NCBI GenBank assembly: GCA_004556705.1
Contig: SFGA01000002.1
Span: forward strand, 12,938-76,937
Source: Ruminococcus sp.
GTDB taxonomy: Bacteria > Bacillota > Clostridia > Oscillospirales > Acutalibacteraceae
Length of the DNA stretch: 64,000 bases
Direction of reading: 5' to 3'
Shown one piece after another: positions 27,530 through 38,375 of this stretch (position 1 is its first letter; each line of letters begins with the position of its first letter). A program made the position numbers and the translations under genes. Under the pieces are notes generated by a model. The model did no database searches and was not told the origin of the DNA. It saw nothing but the letters and a program-made list of their open reading frames with translations.

Positions 27530-27545
27530 TGTTTCACGTGAAACA
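27530..27545. promoter_or_regulatory. parS site (perfect palindrome) between mnmE and mnmG
   Basis: TGTTTCACGTGAAACA abutting the mnmE stop codon (27546-27548). Confidence 0.85.
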
Positions 27546-28907
27546 TTATTTTCCTACACAAAATTGCGAGAAAATTTCGTTTACAACGCTTTCAGTTGCC
27601 TTTTCTCCCGTCAAAGTGTCAAGGCTTTCGACCGCAACATCAATATTCACGTTCAAAGCGTCTCTTGTCATTCCGATTTCAAGTGCGGAAATTGCTTCGT
27701 CAATGCTTTGCAATGCAGCCGTGCAGCAAGCAAGCTGTCTTTCATTCATCAACGTTGCCGCCGATGTGTCAAAATCGGCAGTTCCGAGAACTTTTTCGAT
27801 TGCATTTTCAAGCTCTTGAATTCCGTTTCTGTCTTTTGCAGATAGATAAACAACGTTTTCAAAGTTTTTGTTGATTTTTTCAGCGTTGAATTTCGTATTA
27901 AGATCGGTTTTATTGATAATCGCAACAGCATTTTTACCGTTGCACATTTTAATAATTTCCATATCCTCGTCGTCAACTTCGGTTGAGGAGTCAAAAACAG
28001 CAAGCACAAGCGACGCTCTGTCGAGCTTCTGCCTTGTTCGGTCAACGCCGATTTTTTCAACCGTGTCTTCTGTATCGTGAAGTCCTGCCGTATCGGCAAG
28101 CCTCAGTACGTTGTTACCTAAAGTAACAGTTTCCTCGACAATATCCCTTGTTGTTCCTGCGACAGATGTTACAATCGATTTTTCGCAGCCCGACAGAAGA
28201 TTCATAAGGGTTGATTTTCCGACGTTCGGCTTTCCTACTATTGCCGTTTCAACCCCCTCAATTATAATTTTTCCGACGTCAAAGCTTTTAATAAGCTTTT
28301 CAAGCTCCGCCTTTGCCGTCAAAAGAGTTTCTTTTAATTTATCATCCGACAGATCGTCTATTTCTTCGTCAGGATAATCTACCCATGCTGCCATCTGCGC
28401 CGCAATTTTCTTTAGCGAAAGCGAAATCTCCGATATTTTTTTATAAAGAGCACCGTCAAGTGTATTCAGCGCAGCGGATTTTGCCTGCTCCGATTTTGCG
28501 GAGATGATGTTCATAACAGACTCTGCCCTTGTCAAATCCATCTTGCCGTTTAAGAAAGCTCTTTTTGTAAACTCTCCTGCTTCTGCCGGAACTGCTCCGT
28601 TCGCAAGTGCAGCTCTTAAAACCTGCTTCGTTACAAGCAAGCCGCCGTGACAGGAAATTTCCACAACATCCTCGCCCGTATAGCTTTTAGGTGCTTTGAA
28701 TACGAGTGCTACCGCCTCATCAACACATTTTTCTTCAAAAAAAACCTTGCCAAACGCCGCTTTGTAGCCGCTCAGTTTTTCCAATTTGATACCTGATACG
28801 GTTTTGAAAATTCTATCGGCTACAGACAGGGCGTTTTCACCGGAAATTCTTACCACTCCGATACCGCCTGCAGCTTGTCCTGTTGATATAGCGGCAATAG
28901 TGCTCAT
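27546..28907 (-). CDS. mnmE: tRNA modification GTPase MnmE (TrmE)
   Basis: TIAAISTG...GGIGVVRISG, G-domain motifs GKPNVGKSTLMN / DTAG / NKTD, and the C-terminal FCVGK. Confidence 0.97.
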   Translation of the reverse strand: MSTIAAISTGQAAGGIGVVRISGENALSVADRIFKTVSGIKLEKLSGYKAAFGKVFFEEKCVDEAVALVFKAPKSYTGEDVVEISCHGGLLVTKQVLRAALANGAVPAEAGEFTKRAFLNGKMDLTRAESVMNIISAKSEQAKSAALNTLDGALYKKISEISLSLKKIAAQMAAWVDYPDEEIDDLSDDKLKETLLTAKAELEKLIKSFDVGKIIIEGVETAIVGKPNVGKSTLMNLLSGCEKSIVTSVAGTTRDIVEETVTLGNNVLRLADTAGLHDTEDTVEKIGVDRTRQKLDRASLVLAVFDSSTEVDDEDMEIIKMCNGKNAVAIINKTDLNTKFNAEKINKNFENVVYLSAKDRNGIQELENAIEKVLGTADFDTSAATLMNERQLACCTAALQSIDEAISALEIGMTRDALNVNIDVAVESLDTLTGEKATESVVNEIFSQFCVGK

Positions 28908-28985
28908 ATTTTCACCCTTTTCTTCTAAAATAATAAAATCGGGAGAGGAAGTCCTCGCCCGATTTTCACACGAGGGAAAACCCTC

Positions 28986-29951
28986 TTATTCTTCGTCATT
29001 TTTCTTAACTTCGATTTTTCCGTAAACAGATGCACCCGAACAATCGTTTTTCTTTTCACGGTTTTCGGAAATCTCGGGAATATATGGTTCCTTCTTAGGA
29101 CGTCTTGAACGTCCTCTGTCGTTTCTGTCTCTGTAACCGTAATTTCCTCTGCCGCCGTTTTCGGGAGCAATTACAACTCTTCTGTCAAGATCTGTTCCTG
29201 TTGAGAACGAAGTCGCACCCTTTACCTCTTGAACAGCGGTATGAATAATTCTTCTCTCATAAGGATTCATCGGCTCAAGAGTTATATTTCTGCCACTCTT
29301 TACTGCACGGGCAGCCGTTCTCTTTGCAAGTGAAACAAGAACATCAGCTCTCTTTTCACGGTAATTTCCGACGTTTACAGATACTCTCTTATAACCTGAA
29401 ATGCCCTTGTTGGCAACCATTCTTACAAGGTACTGAATTGCGTCAAGAGTTTCGCCTCTTCTGCCGATAACTATACCGTAATCGTCGCCGCAATCAAGCT
29501 CGAAGGAAATTTCCTCGTCATCTGCATAAACCTCAATCTCGCATTTTTCCATACCAAGACCGAGAATAATCGATTTAAGATATTCTGCTGTTGAATCATA
29601 CTCATGCGTAGGCTTAAGAGTTGCTTTCTTCTCTGCAAGAATTTCAGCGACAGACTCTCTCTTTTCAACCTTTGCAACAGTCTTTTTTTCGGGGGCAGGC
29701 TTTGCGCTTGCATCCTTTTTAGCTGTTTCTTTTTTACTAACAGTCTTTTCTTTTTTAATTTCATCCGGTACTTCAACGGTAATTTTAACCTCTGCGGGCG
29801 CACCCCCGAGAAGTCCGAATAATTTCTTTTTTTCGGGCATTTTAAGAACTTCGATTTTATACTCGTCGAATTCAGAAAGTCCCAATTCAAGCAAAGCTGA
29901 ATTCTTTGCTTCTTCAACGGTGGGAGCTTTTTTAATACATTCTTTAATCAT
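28986..29951 (-). CDS. jag: Jag/KhpB RNA-binding protein (Jag_N, KH, R3H) with extended linker and tail
   Basis: Jag_N reads APTVEEAKNSALLELGL. A Lys/Glu-rich linker follows. KH reads DYGIVIGRRGETLDAIQYL and R3H reads LEPMNPYERRIIHTAV. It is 321 aa, longer than usual, with an RG-rich C-terminal tail. Confidence 0.88.
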   Translation of the reverse strand: MIKECIKKAPTVEEAKNSALLELGLSEFDEYKIEVLKMPEKKKLFGLLGGAPAEVKITVEVPDEIKKEKTVSKKETAKKDASAKPAPEKKTVAKVEKRESVAEILAEKKATLKPTHEYDSTAEYLKSIILGLGMEKCEIEVYADDEEISFELDCGDDYGIVIGRRGETLDAIQYLVRMVANKGISGYKRVSVNVGNYREKRADVLVSLAKRTAARAVKSGRNITLEPMNPYERRIIHTAVQEVKGATSFSTGTDLDRRVVIAPENGGRGNYGYRDRNDRGRSRRPKKEPYIPEISENREKKNDCSGASVYGKIEVKKNDEE

Positions 29952-29973
29952 AACTGAACACCTTGTATTTTAA

Positions 29974-30933
29974 TTATTTATCTTCTGCTTCTTTGATTTT
30001 TTTAGTATTGTTTTCCTTGGAGCGACGGTAAATTGTCTCATCAACCATAGTCCTTGCAAGAACCTTTTTCGGTTCGTACAAATGGTTGAGAACAATCATC
30101 TGTAAGAACGAAATTGCCGAAGACATAATGATATAGATACCTACACTTGTCGGGAAAAGGAAGGCAAAATAAATCTGCATTATAGGTGTGAAAAGCATCA
30201 TACAACCCATTTGAGGATTTTTTGCCATTTCAGGATTTGTCTTTCTCTGACGGATAAGCGAATAAACGCTCATAGCAAGAGCAATGATACCTGTGATTAT
30301 CGGGATTGCCCAATATGCGTCAAAGTTTTTGATATTCGGAGTGTGTGCAAGGTCAAGGCCCATAAAGCTGAATTTTGATATAAACAATTGGATTTTATCT
30401 ATAAGCTCGGGTGTAAGACCGTTTATTGCACTCTTGTCAATTTTATCCCAATGCTGTAAAGCATAGAGCTCAATTCTGAAAGCAGATTTTGCTTCTGTTT
30501 CCGTAAGGAACGGCATAACCGCTTCTTTAAGTGAAGCAACAACTGCCGAGGGTATTCTCAAAACCATTGAGAAAGGATGATAGTTAACCTGATAAAGACC
30601 GATCATAACGGGGAACTGAATAAGCATGGGGAGACATCCGCCGCCCATAGCATTAAAGCCCTCACGCTGATAAAGCTCTTGTGTTTCCTTTTGGAGACGC
30701 TGTTGGTCGTTGCCGTATTTTTCTCTCAATCTTCTGAGCTTCGGCTGAAGACGCTGCTGCATTGCAATACTCTTCTGCTGTTTAATTGAAGAGGGAAGCA
30801 GGCAAAGCTTAACAATAACCATCAACCAAAATATAGAAACGAGATAGTTTCCGCTTAATGCATAAAATATTGAAATAACAAATCCGAAGGGGACTCCCAA
30901 TATTTCATATAATCCGTTCATAAAGTTACTCAT
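29974..30933 (-). CDS. yidC: Membrane protein insertase YidC/SpoIIIJ
   Basis: Polytopic 60-kDa-IMP family core (KQQKSIAMQQRLQPKLRRLREKYGNDQQRLQKETQELYQREGFNAMGGCLPMLIQFPV). Position after yidD. Confidence 0.93.
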   Translation of the reverse strand: MSNFMNGLYEILGVPFGFVISIFYALSGNYLVSIFWLMVIVKLCLLPSSIKQQKSIAMQQRLQPKLRRLREKYGNDQQRLQKETQELYQREGFNAMGGGCLPMLIQFPVMIGLYQVNYHPFSMVLRIPSAVVASLKEAVMPFLTETEAKSAFRIELYALQHWDKIDKSAINGLTPELIDKIQLFISKFSFMGLDLAHTPNIKNFDAYWAIPIITGIIALAMSVYSLIRQRKTNPEMAKNPQMGCMMLFTPIMQIYFAFLFPTSVGIYIIMSSAISFLQMIVLNHLYEPKKVLARTMVDETIYRRSKENNTKKIKEAEDK

Positions 30934-30964
30934 TTATGTTCCTCCGAACAAAATGCCGGGCATT

Positions 30965-31201
30965 TTATTTTCTTACTTTTTTATTTTTCTTTTCCGGAAC
31001 AGGATCAATTCCGCCCGGGAAAAGAGGATTACACCTCATAAGACGACCTACTGTCAACAAACCGCCCTTGATAATACCAAATCTTTCGATTGCCGTGACC
31101 GCATATTGTGAGCAAGTAGGATAATACCTGCATCTCGGCGGAAAAAGCGGAGAAATTTTTTTCTGATAAAACCTTATTATTTTAATAATGGCCTTTTTCA
31201 T
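30965..31201 (-). CDS. yidD: Membrane protein insertion efficiency factor YidD
   Basis: [37 protein letters not shown]...RL.RCNP. ATG overlaps the rnpA stop (ATGA). Confidence 0.93.
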   Translation of the reverse strand: MKKAIIKIIRFYQKKISPLFPPRCRYYPTCSQYAVTAIERFGIIKGGLLTVGRLMRCNPLFPGGIDPVPEKKNKKVRK

Positions 31202-31530
31202 TTAAGTATACCCGCTTGGTTAAACATATCAAGCATAATTTCTTGAATATCCGTACTTTTGAGATATTTGGTTTTAGTTCTTGCAACAAAAACAATATCA
31301 TACGAGCCTTTAATTTTTGGCTCAACACTGCGCCAAGCAGCTCTGATAATTCTTTTGCAGCGGTTTCTTTCAACCGCACATCCGATTTTTTTACTTACAG
31401 TTATTCCTATACGACAAATTCCCGCACCGCTTTTTTTAAAATAAACAACCAGTGCAGGATTTGTATAGGATCTGCCCCTATAATAGAGGCGTCTGAAATC
31501 ACAATTACGATTTAAGGTTACCGTACTCAA
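31198..31530 (-). CDS. rnpA: Ribonuclease P protein component
   Basis: 110 aa, basic: [10 protein letters not shown]...[29 protein letters not shown] start 13 nt after the rpmH stop. Confidence 0.9.
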   Translation of the reverse strand: MSTVTLNRNCDFRRLYYRGRSYTNPALVVYFKKSGAGICRIGITVSKKIGCAVERNRCKRIIRAAWRSVEPKIKGSYDIVFVARTKTKYLKSTDIQEIMLDMFNQAGILK

Positions 31531-31542
31531 ATTATTTACCTA

Positions 31543-31677
31543 TTAGTAGGACAACTGCTTTCTGCCCTTTGCTCTGCGGCGAGCAAGTACTTTTCTGCCG
31601 TTTCTTGTTGACATTCTCTTACGGAAACCGTGTTCCATCTGACGATGACGCTTTTTCGGCTGATATGTTCTTTTCAT
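31543..31677 (-). CDS. rpmH: 50S ribosomal protein L34
   Basis: Not in the ORF track because it is under 60 aa. Hand translation of the minus strand gives [44 protein letters not shown]-stop, with ATG at 31677 and TAA at 31543-31545. Confidence 0.95.
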   Translation of the reverse strand: MKRTYQPKKRHRQMEHGFRKRMSTRNGRKVLARRRAKGRKQLSY

Positions 31678-32113
31678 CGTTATACCTCCGTTTCATTACA
31701 AAAATAATCTGCGGAAAGATATTATAACTAAATGACATAAAAAAGTCAAGATTTAAGCCGATATTAAAGTATTTTTCTTATTTTTAACTATTTGTTGTGT
31801 CAAAAATAAATTTAATGACAAAATATTGTGTTAAAAAAATCATAAATTCATAAAAAACACGAAAATCCGCTAAAAAATTAAAAAAATTTTATTTTTGCCT
31901 TATATTATATATCTATAAATAACATATATAAATAAAACTATTATACAAGCTATTGAAAAATTTTAATAGGTGTGTTAAAATGGTATTTGCTATATTATGG
32001 TCATTTTAGGCTTATATTTACGTTTTATATATTTTTAGGACTTTTTTATTAAAAACATATAAAACATAAAATAACGTGTTTTAATTGAATTATTATTACA
32101 GGAGACAATATTT
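31678..32113. other. oriC, upstream part (rpmH-dnaA spacer) with AT-rich tract and dnaA promoter
   Basis: 436-bp non-coding, extremely AT-rich spacer at the point where gene orientation flips. It contains long A/T runs (31866-31950) and three co-oriented TGTGTYAAA motifs (31796, 31827, 31971). Confidence 0.75.
31953..31981 (+). promoter_or_regulatory. Candidate dnaA promoter
   Basis: TTGAAA (31953-31958), a 17-nt spacer ending in TGT, then TAAAAT (31976-31981). The spacer and -10 overlap the third TGTGTTAAA motif. Confidence 0.45.
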
Positions 32114-33433
32114 ATGGATTCGTTAAACGATATGTGGAGCGCCGTCTGTGAATGTGCGAAAGAAAACTATAATGTCAATTCGGAAGCATTCAAACTTTGG
32201 TTTACTCCGATAACTCTTAAATCATTCGACGGGCAAAAAGCTGTATTGAGTATAAATAATAAGTTTTTATTTCCGATAATTGAAAAAAAATATTCGGAGC
32301 TTATAAACAATGCTTTTAATGAGGTAATCGGATTTAATGTTGAAATTGAATTTACGCTTGAACAGCTCACGGACGAAAAGGTCGAGCAAAAAGCAAACGA
32401 CAGCGGAGCTTCTTTGAGAACTCTCGGAGATAACTTTGATAACTTCGTTGTAGGTAAATCAAACAACTATGCTTATGCGGCGGCGAAAAAGGTTGCGGAG
32501 GATCCGGGTAAATCTTATAACCCTCTTTATATTTACGGAAAATCGGGACTCGGAAAAACACATCTTCTCAAAGCTATTGAGAATGAAATGAAAACAAGAA
32601 ATCCCGACGCAACGATAATTTATATCACAAGTGAAAATTTTACAAACGACCTTGTTTATCATTTGAGAAACAAGACAATGTATGAATTTCGTGAAAAATA
32701 CCGTAACTGTGACGCTCTTTTGATGGATGATATTCAGTTTATCGCTCAAAAGGAACAGACGGAAGAGGAATTTTTCCACACGTTTAACGCATTGACCGAA
32801 TATGGAAAGCAAATTGTTTTAACTTCGGACAGACCTCCGAATGAAATTCAAATTTTGCAGGAAAGACTTAAAACAAGATTTGAGTGGGGACTTATGGCTG
32901 ATATTCAACCCCCCGATTTTGAAACAAGAATGGCCATCATAAAAAATAAAGCTGAACAGTACGATTTTTCCATTCCCGATGAAATAGTCGAATTTTTCGC
33001 TCAAGAGGTAAAAAACAACGTTCGTCAGCTTGAAAGTGCGGTTAAGAAAATTAAATCTCTTTGTCTTTTGTCAAACGCAAAGCCGACACTTGATATTGCA
33101 AAGGAAGCTATAAAAGAGCTTACTACCTACAATCAGCCTATTTCGGTAATAAATTCAAAAATAACCGAAACGGTCGGCAATACATACGGAATATCCGTTG
33201 AAAACATTATGTCGGACAAGCGTGATAAAAACATTAAAGATGCGAGACAGATTTCAATGTATATTATCAGAGAAATTACGGGAATGTCTCTTGAGGATAT
33301 AGGAAAATACTTCGGCGGAAAAACTCATTCTACAGTTAAGCATTCTATCGATAAAGTCAGAAATATGATGGATGAAGATTTTCAGTACAAAAAAACCGTC
33401 GAAGATATAATTAAAAACGTTAAAGATTATTAA
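32114..33433 (+). CDS. dnaA: Chromosomal replication initiator protein DnaA
   Basis: AAA+ core (YNPLYIYGKSGLGKTHLL, LLMDDIQF, LTSDRPP) and C-terminal DNA-binding domain (RDKNIKDARQISMYIIRE.TG.SLEDIGKYFGGKTHSTVKHSIDKV). RBS is GGAG. Confidence 0.98.
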   Translation: MDSLNDMWSAVCECAKENYNVNSEAFKLWFTPITLKSFDGQKAVLSINNKFLFPIIEKKYSELINNAFNEVIGFNVEIEFTLEQLTDEKVEQKANDSGASLRTLGDNFDNFVVGKSNNYAYAAAKKVAEDPGKSYNPLYIYGKSGLGKTHLLKAIENEMKTRNPDATIIYITSENFTNDLVYHLRNKTMYEFREKYRNCDALLMDDIQFIAQKEQTEEEFFHTFNALTEYGKQIVLTSDRPPNEIQILQERLKTRFEWGLMADIQPPDFETRMAIIKNKAEQYDFSIPDEIVEFFAQEVKNNVRQLESAVKKIKSLCLLSNAKPTLDIAKEAIKELTTYNQPISVINSKITETVGNTYGISVENIMSDKRDKNIKDARQISMYIIREITGMSLEDIGKYFGGKTHSTVKHSIDKVRNMMDEDFQYKKTVEDIIKNVKDY

Positions 33434-33661
33434 TAAAGTTTTCGACAAGTTTTAGTTTTGAACGCTACGTTTTTGAACAGTTAAAAATCATCTTAAATTA
33501 TATGTTCAATTCTTTTTTCTTTTAGAAAATTTTTCAACATTGAAAAACAGAGAAAAATTATTGAAAAATCAATAAATTTTTCGGTTTTGTTAAATTTCGA
33601 CACCCCCTACTGATAATACTCTTTTATTAAAATATATCTTATGTTTGGAAAGGAAAAAAAT
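33434..33661. other. oriC, downstream part (dnaA-dnaN spacer)
   Basis: 228-bp AT-rich spacer. It has TTCGACA at 33441 and 33596, TTTTGAAC at 33456 and 33471, and a 7-bp-arm palindrome TTTTCAA-CA-TTGAAAA (33531-33546). A CCCCC cluster (33603-33607) is followed by TAC TGA TAA TAC and an AT-rich run. Confidence 0.65.
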
Positions 33662-34762
33662 ATGAAATTCGTTTGCGACACTCAAAAATTCTCGGAAATA
33701 TGTTCAAATATTCAGCGCTCTGTTTCAAGCAAATCAACGATACCCGCAATTGAGGGTATTTTGCTTACAACGGCAGAAAATTCGGTTACCGTTACCGGCT
33801 ATGATTTGGAGGTTGGCGTTATAACCTCTGTTGAGGCAAAGGTCGAAGAACAGGGAAGCATTATTCTAAATGCTAAAATTCTCTGCGACATTTTAAGAAA
33901 TCTTCCATCACAGACGGTTAGAATTGAATCTGATGAAAGAATGACTACAAAGATTAAAAGCGGTGAGTCTGAGTTTTCTCTTATAGGAATTAACGCACAG
34001 GAATATCCGGAGCTTCCGTCTGTAAACAGCAGCTTCCCGATTGTTGTAAAGGGAGGTATTCTCAAGGATATGATAAGAAAAACAATTTTTGCGACTGCGG
34101 AAAATGACGCAAAGGTTGTTCATACGGGCGTAAGATTTGAAATCGGAAATTCTCTTATCCGTCTTGTTGCAGTTGACGGTTTTAGACTGGCTATCAGAAA
34201 CGAAGCTATCGATTATCAGGGCGACGAGCAGATTTTTGTTGTTCCGAAAAAAACTCTTAATGAAATAATGAAACTCATAGTAAATGATGATGTTGCAATT
34301 TCATTGAATATCGGAAAAAGGCATATAGTCTTTGAAATCGGAAGATATCTTATCGTTTCAAGACTTCTTGACGGCGAATTTTTGAATTATAAATCCGCAA
34401 TTGCCATAAATGAAAATACAAAAGTAGAAGTTAATACAAGAATGCTTATAAGCTGTATTGAAAGAACTTCTCTTATGATTACAGACAGAGCAAAGAGTCC
34501 TATCAGATGTATTTTTGATGAGGATATGATAAAGACTTCGTCAATTACTTCCTTGGGTACTGCAAATGATAAAATTCCCGCAAAAATTGAGGGAGAAAAA
34601 ATAGAAATCGGATTTAATAACAGATTTTTGCTTGACGCATTAAAGGTTTGCGATACGGACGAGGTCGTTATTAAGCTCAGCAGTCCCATTCAGCCCATAA
34701 TCATTGTTCCGAAAGAGGGAGACAGCTTCTTATTCCTTGTTCTTCCCGTAAAATTAAAATAA
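33662..34762 (+). CDS. dnaN: DNA polymerase III beta sliding clamp
   Basis: MKFVCDTQKFSE...IPAIEGILL...three-domain clamp length. ATG 33662 follows GGAAAGGA. The track start at 33641 was rejected. Confidence 0.96.
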   Translation: MKFVCDTQKFSEICSNIQRSVSSKSTIPAIEGILLTTAENSVTVTGYDLEVGVITSVEAKVEEQGSIILNAKILCDILRNLPSQTVRIESDERMTTKIKSGESEFSLIGINAQEYPELPSVNSSFPIVVKGGILKDMIRKTIFATAENDAKVVHTGVRFEIGNSLIRLVAVDGFRLAIRNEAIDYQGDEQIFVVPKKTLNEIMKLIVNDDVAISLNIGKRHIVFEIGRYLIVSRLLDGEFLNYKSAIAINENTKVEVNTRMLISCIERTSLMITDRAKSPIRCIFDEDMIKTSSITSLGTANDKIPAKIEGEKIEIGFNNRFLLDALKVCDTDEVVIKLSSPIQPIIIVPKEGDSFLFLVLPVKLK

Positions 34763-34766
34763 TAAT

Positions 34767-35015
34767 ATGAAAAAAATAAAAGTTAAGGCAAAGGTTGCCG
34801 AAAAAGAAAAGGTACAATTAAAAATAGATACCGATTTTATAAGACTTGATGCGGCTTTGAAGCTTGCAAATATTGCAGTTACGGGCGGTCAGGCAAAAAT
34901 GATAATCGGAGACGGTCAAATTAAAACAGACGGCGAGGTCTGCACAATGAGAGGTAAAAAACTCAGAAGCGGAGACAGCTTTGAATTTGACAGAAAAATT
35001 TACGAAATTATATAG
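34767..35015 (+). CDS. yaaA: S4-domain RNA-binding protein YaaA
   Basis: 82 aa: IRLDAALKLANIAVTGGQAKMIIGDGQIKTDGEVCTMRGKKLRSGD. Canonical position between dnaN and recF. Confidence 0.9.
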   Translation: MKKIKVKAKVAEKEKVQLKIDTDFIRLDAALKLANIAVTGGQAKMIIGDGQIKTDGEVCTMRGKKLRSGDSFEFDRKIYEII

Positions 35016-35023
35016 GTAAAATT

Positions 35024-36115
35024 ATGAAAGTAGACAGACTCTCGGTAATTGATTACAGAAATATTGATTATATAGAAATCGCTCCGTCCGAGAATGTAAA
35101 TGTTATTTTCGGTGAGAACGCACAGGGAAAAACCAATTTACTTGAGAGTATCTGGCTTTTTACGGGTTGTAAAAGCTTTCGTTCAAAAAAAGATAGCGAG
35201 CTTTTAGGCTTTGGCAAGAATTTTGCAAAGAACGAAATTGATTTTTTTGCAAAGGGAAGAGAGCAAACCGCAACAATGATAATTGAAAAAAAGCGTTCAA
35301 TTACCAAAAACGGTGTTGATTTGAAAAGTCCTGCCGAAATGATAGGAGAATTTAACGCAGTTATTTTTTCTCCGTCTCATTTATCTCTTATTCAAGAGGG
35401 ACCCGTAAACAGAAGAAAATTTTTAGACACGGCTCTTTGTCAGCTAAAGCCGAGTTATGCGAGAGTGCTTGCAAAATATAACAGGACACTCGAACAGAGA
35501 AATGCTTTGTTAAAAGATATTCAATTTCATTCGGAGCTTTATGATACGCTCGACGTATGGGATGACAGGCTTTCGTCCTATGCCTCGGCGATAGTTTCGG
35601 AGAGAATTAAATATACAAGGCTTTTGAGCGAAAGCTGCGAAGAAATATACACGGGACTTTCCGACGGAAAAGAAAAACTTGAAATTCAGTATGTAAATAA
35701 CACAGGTCTTTATAATGACGATATTTACGAAATAAAAGATTTTCTTTTTGAAAGACTCAGACAAAACAGGCGTGAGGATATTTTTAATAAAATAACAAGC
35801 ATTGGACCGCAAAGAGATGATATTGATATTAAAATAAATTCTCTTTTGGCAAGAAAATTCGGCTCACAAGGACAGCAGCGTTCCTGTGCGCTTGCAATGA
35901 AATTAAGTGAGGCTAATATAATCAAGGATGTTACGGGCGAAGAGCCTGTTATACTTCTTGATGATGTAATGAGTGAGCTTGATGTTAACAGGCAGGATTA
36001 TATACTAAACCATCTTAATTCAAGACAGGTATTTATAACCTGCTGTGACCCTGCCACCGTTTTGAGAATGTGCGAGGGTAAAACGTTTCATATTGAAAAA
36101 GGCAGGTTGATTTAA
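35024..36115 (+). CDS. recF: DNA replication and repair protein RecF
   Basis: Walker A GENAQGKTNLLE, signature SQGQQRS, Walker B ILLDDVMSELD. Confidence 0.96.
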   Translation: MKVDRLSVIDYRNIDYIEIAPSENVNVIFGENAQGKTNLLESIWLFTGCKSFRSKKDSELLGFGKNFAKNEIDFFAKGREQTATMIIEKKRSITKNGVDLKSPAEMIGEFNAVIFSPSHLSLIQEGPVNRRKFLDTALCQLKPSYARVLAKYNRTLEQRNALLKDIQFHSELYDTLDVWDDRLSSYASAIVSERIKYTRLLSESCEEIYTGLSDGKEKLEIQYVNNTGLYNDDIYEIKDFLFERLRQNRREDIFNKITSIGPQRDDIDIKINSLLARKFGSQGQQRSCALAMKLSEANIIKDVTGEEPVILLDDVMSELDVNRQDYILNHLNSRQVFITCCDPATVLRMCEGKTFHIEKGRLI

Positions 36116-36360
36116 TGTATCTGCAAATAGGCACGGAGGATTTTATAAAAACCGAGGATATAATCGGCATATTTGACCTTGATAACACTACGGTTTCAAA
36201 GGCGTCAAGGGATTATCTCAATTTTGCGGAAAAGCAAGGGCTGTCAAAAACAGTTTCCTTTGACTTGCCGAAATCCTTTATCGTAACCGAAGAAAAAGGA
36301 AAAAGAACGGTGTATATATCACCTTATTCAACTAACACGTTATTTAAGAGAATAGATTAA
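36115..36360 (+). CDS. remB: DUF370 protein (RemB/YaaB-like)
   Basis: 81 aa: IGIFDLDNTTVSKASRDYL......VTEEKGKRTVYISPYSTNTL. Canonical position between recF and gyrB. The start overlaps the recF stop. Confidence 0.85.
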   Translation: MYLQIGTEDFIKTEDIIGIFDLDNTTVSKASRDYLNFAEKQGLSKTVSFDLPKSFIVTEEKGKRTVYISPYSTNTLFKRID

Positions 36361-38358
<1,998 letters not shown>

Positions 38359-38375
38359 GATAAAGAGGTAAGACG

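Noticed and set aside
29471-29917. 148-aa ORF nested in jag in another frame
   Set aside because: It is a frame-shifted reading of the Lys/Glu-rich linker (AAG/AAA repeats), which gives a K/R/L-rich artefact. It has no independent start signals.
33441-33602. Calling the two TTCGACA heptamers functional Spo0A boxes
   Set aside because: A 7-mer is expected several times by chance in 64 kb on two strands (another copy occurs near 52245). No sporulation genes in the window establish that the organism has Spo0A. I mention it only as a possibility within the oriC finding.
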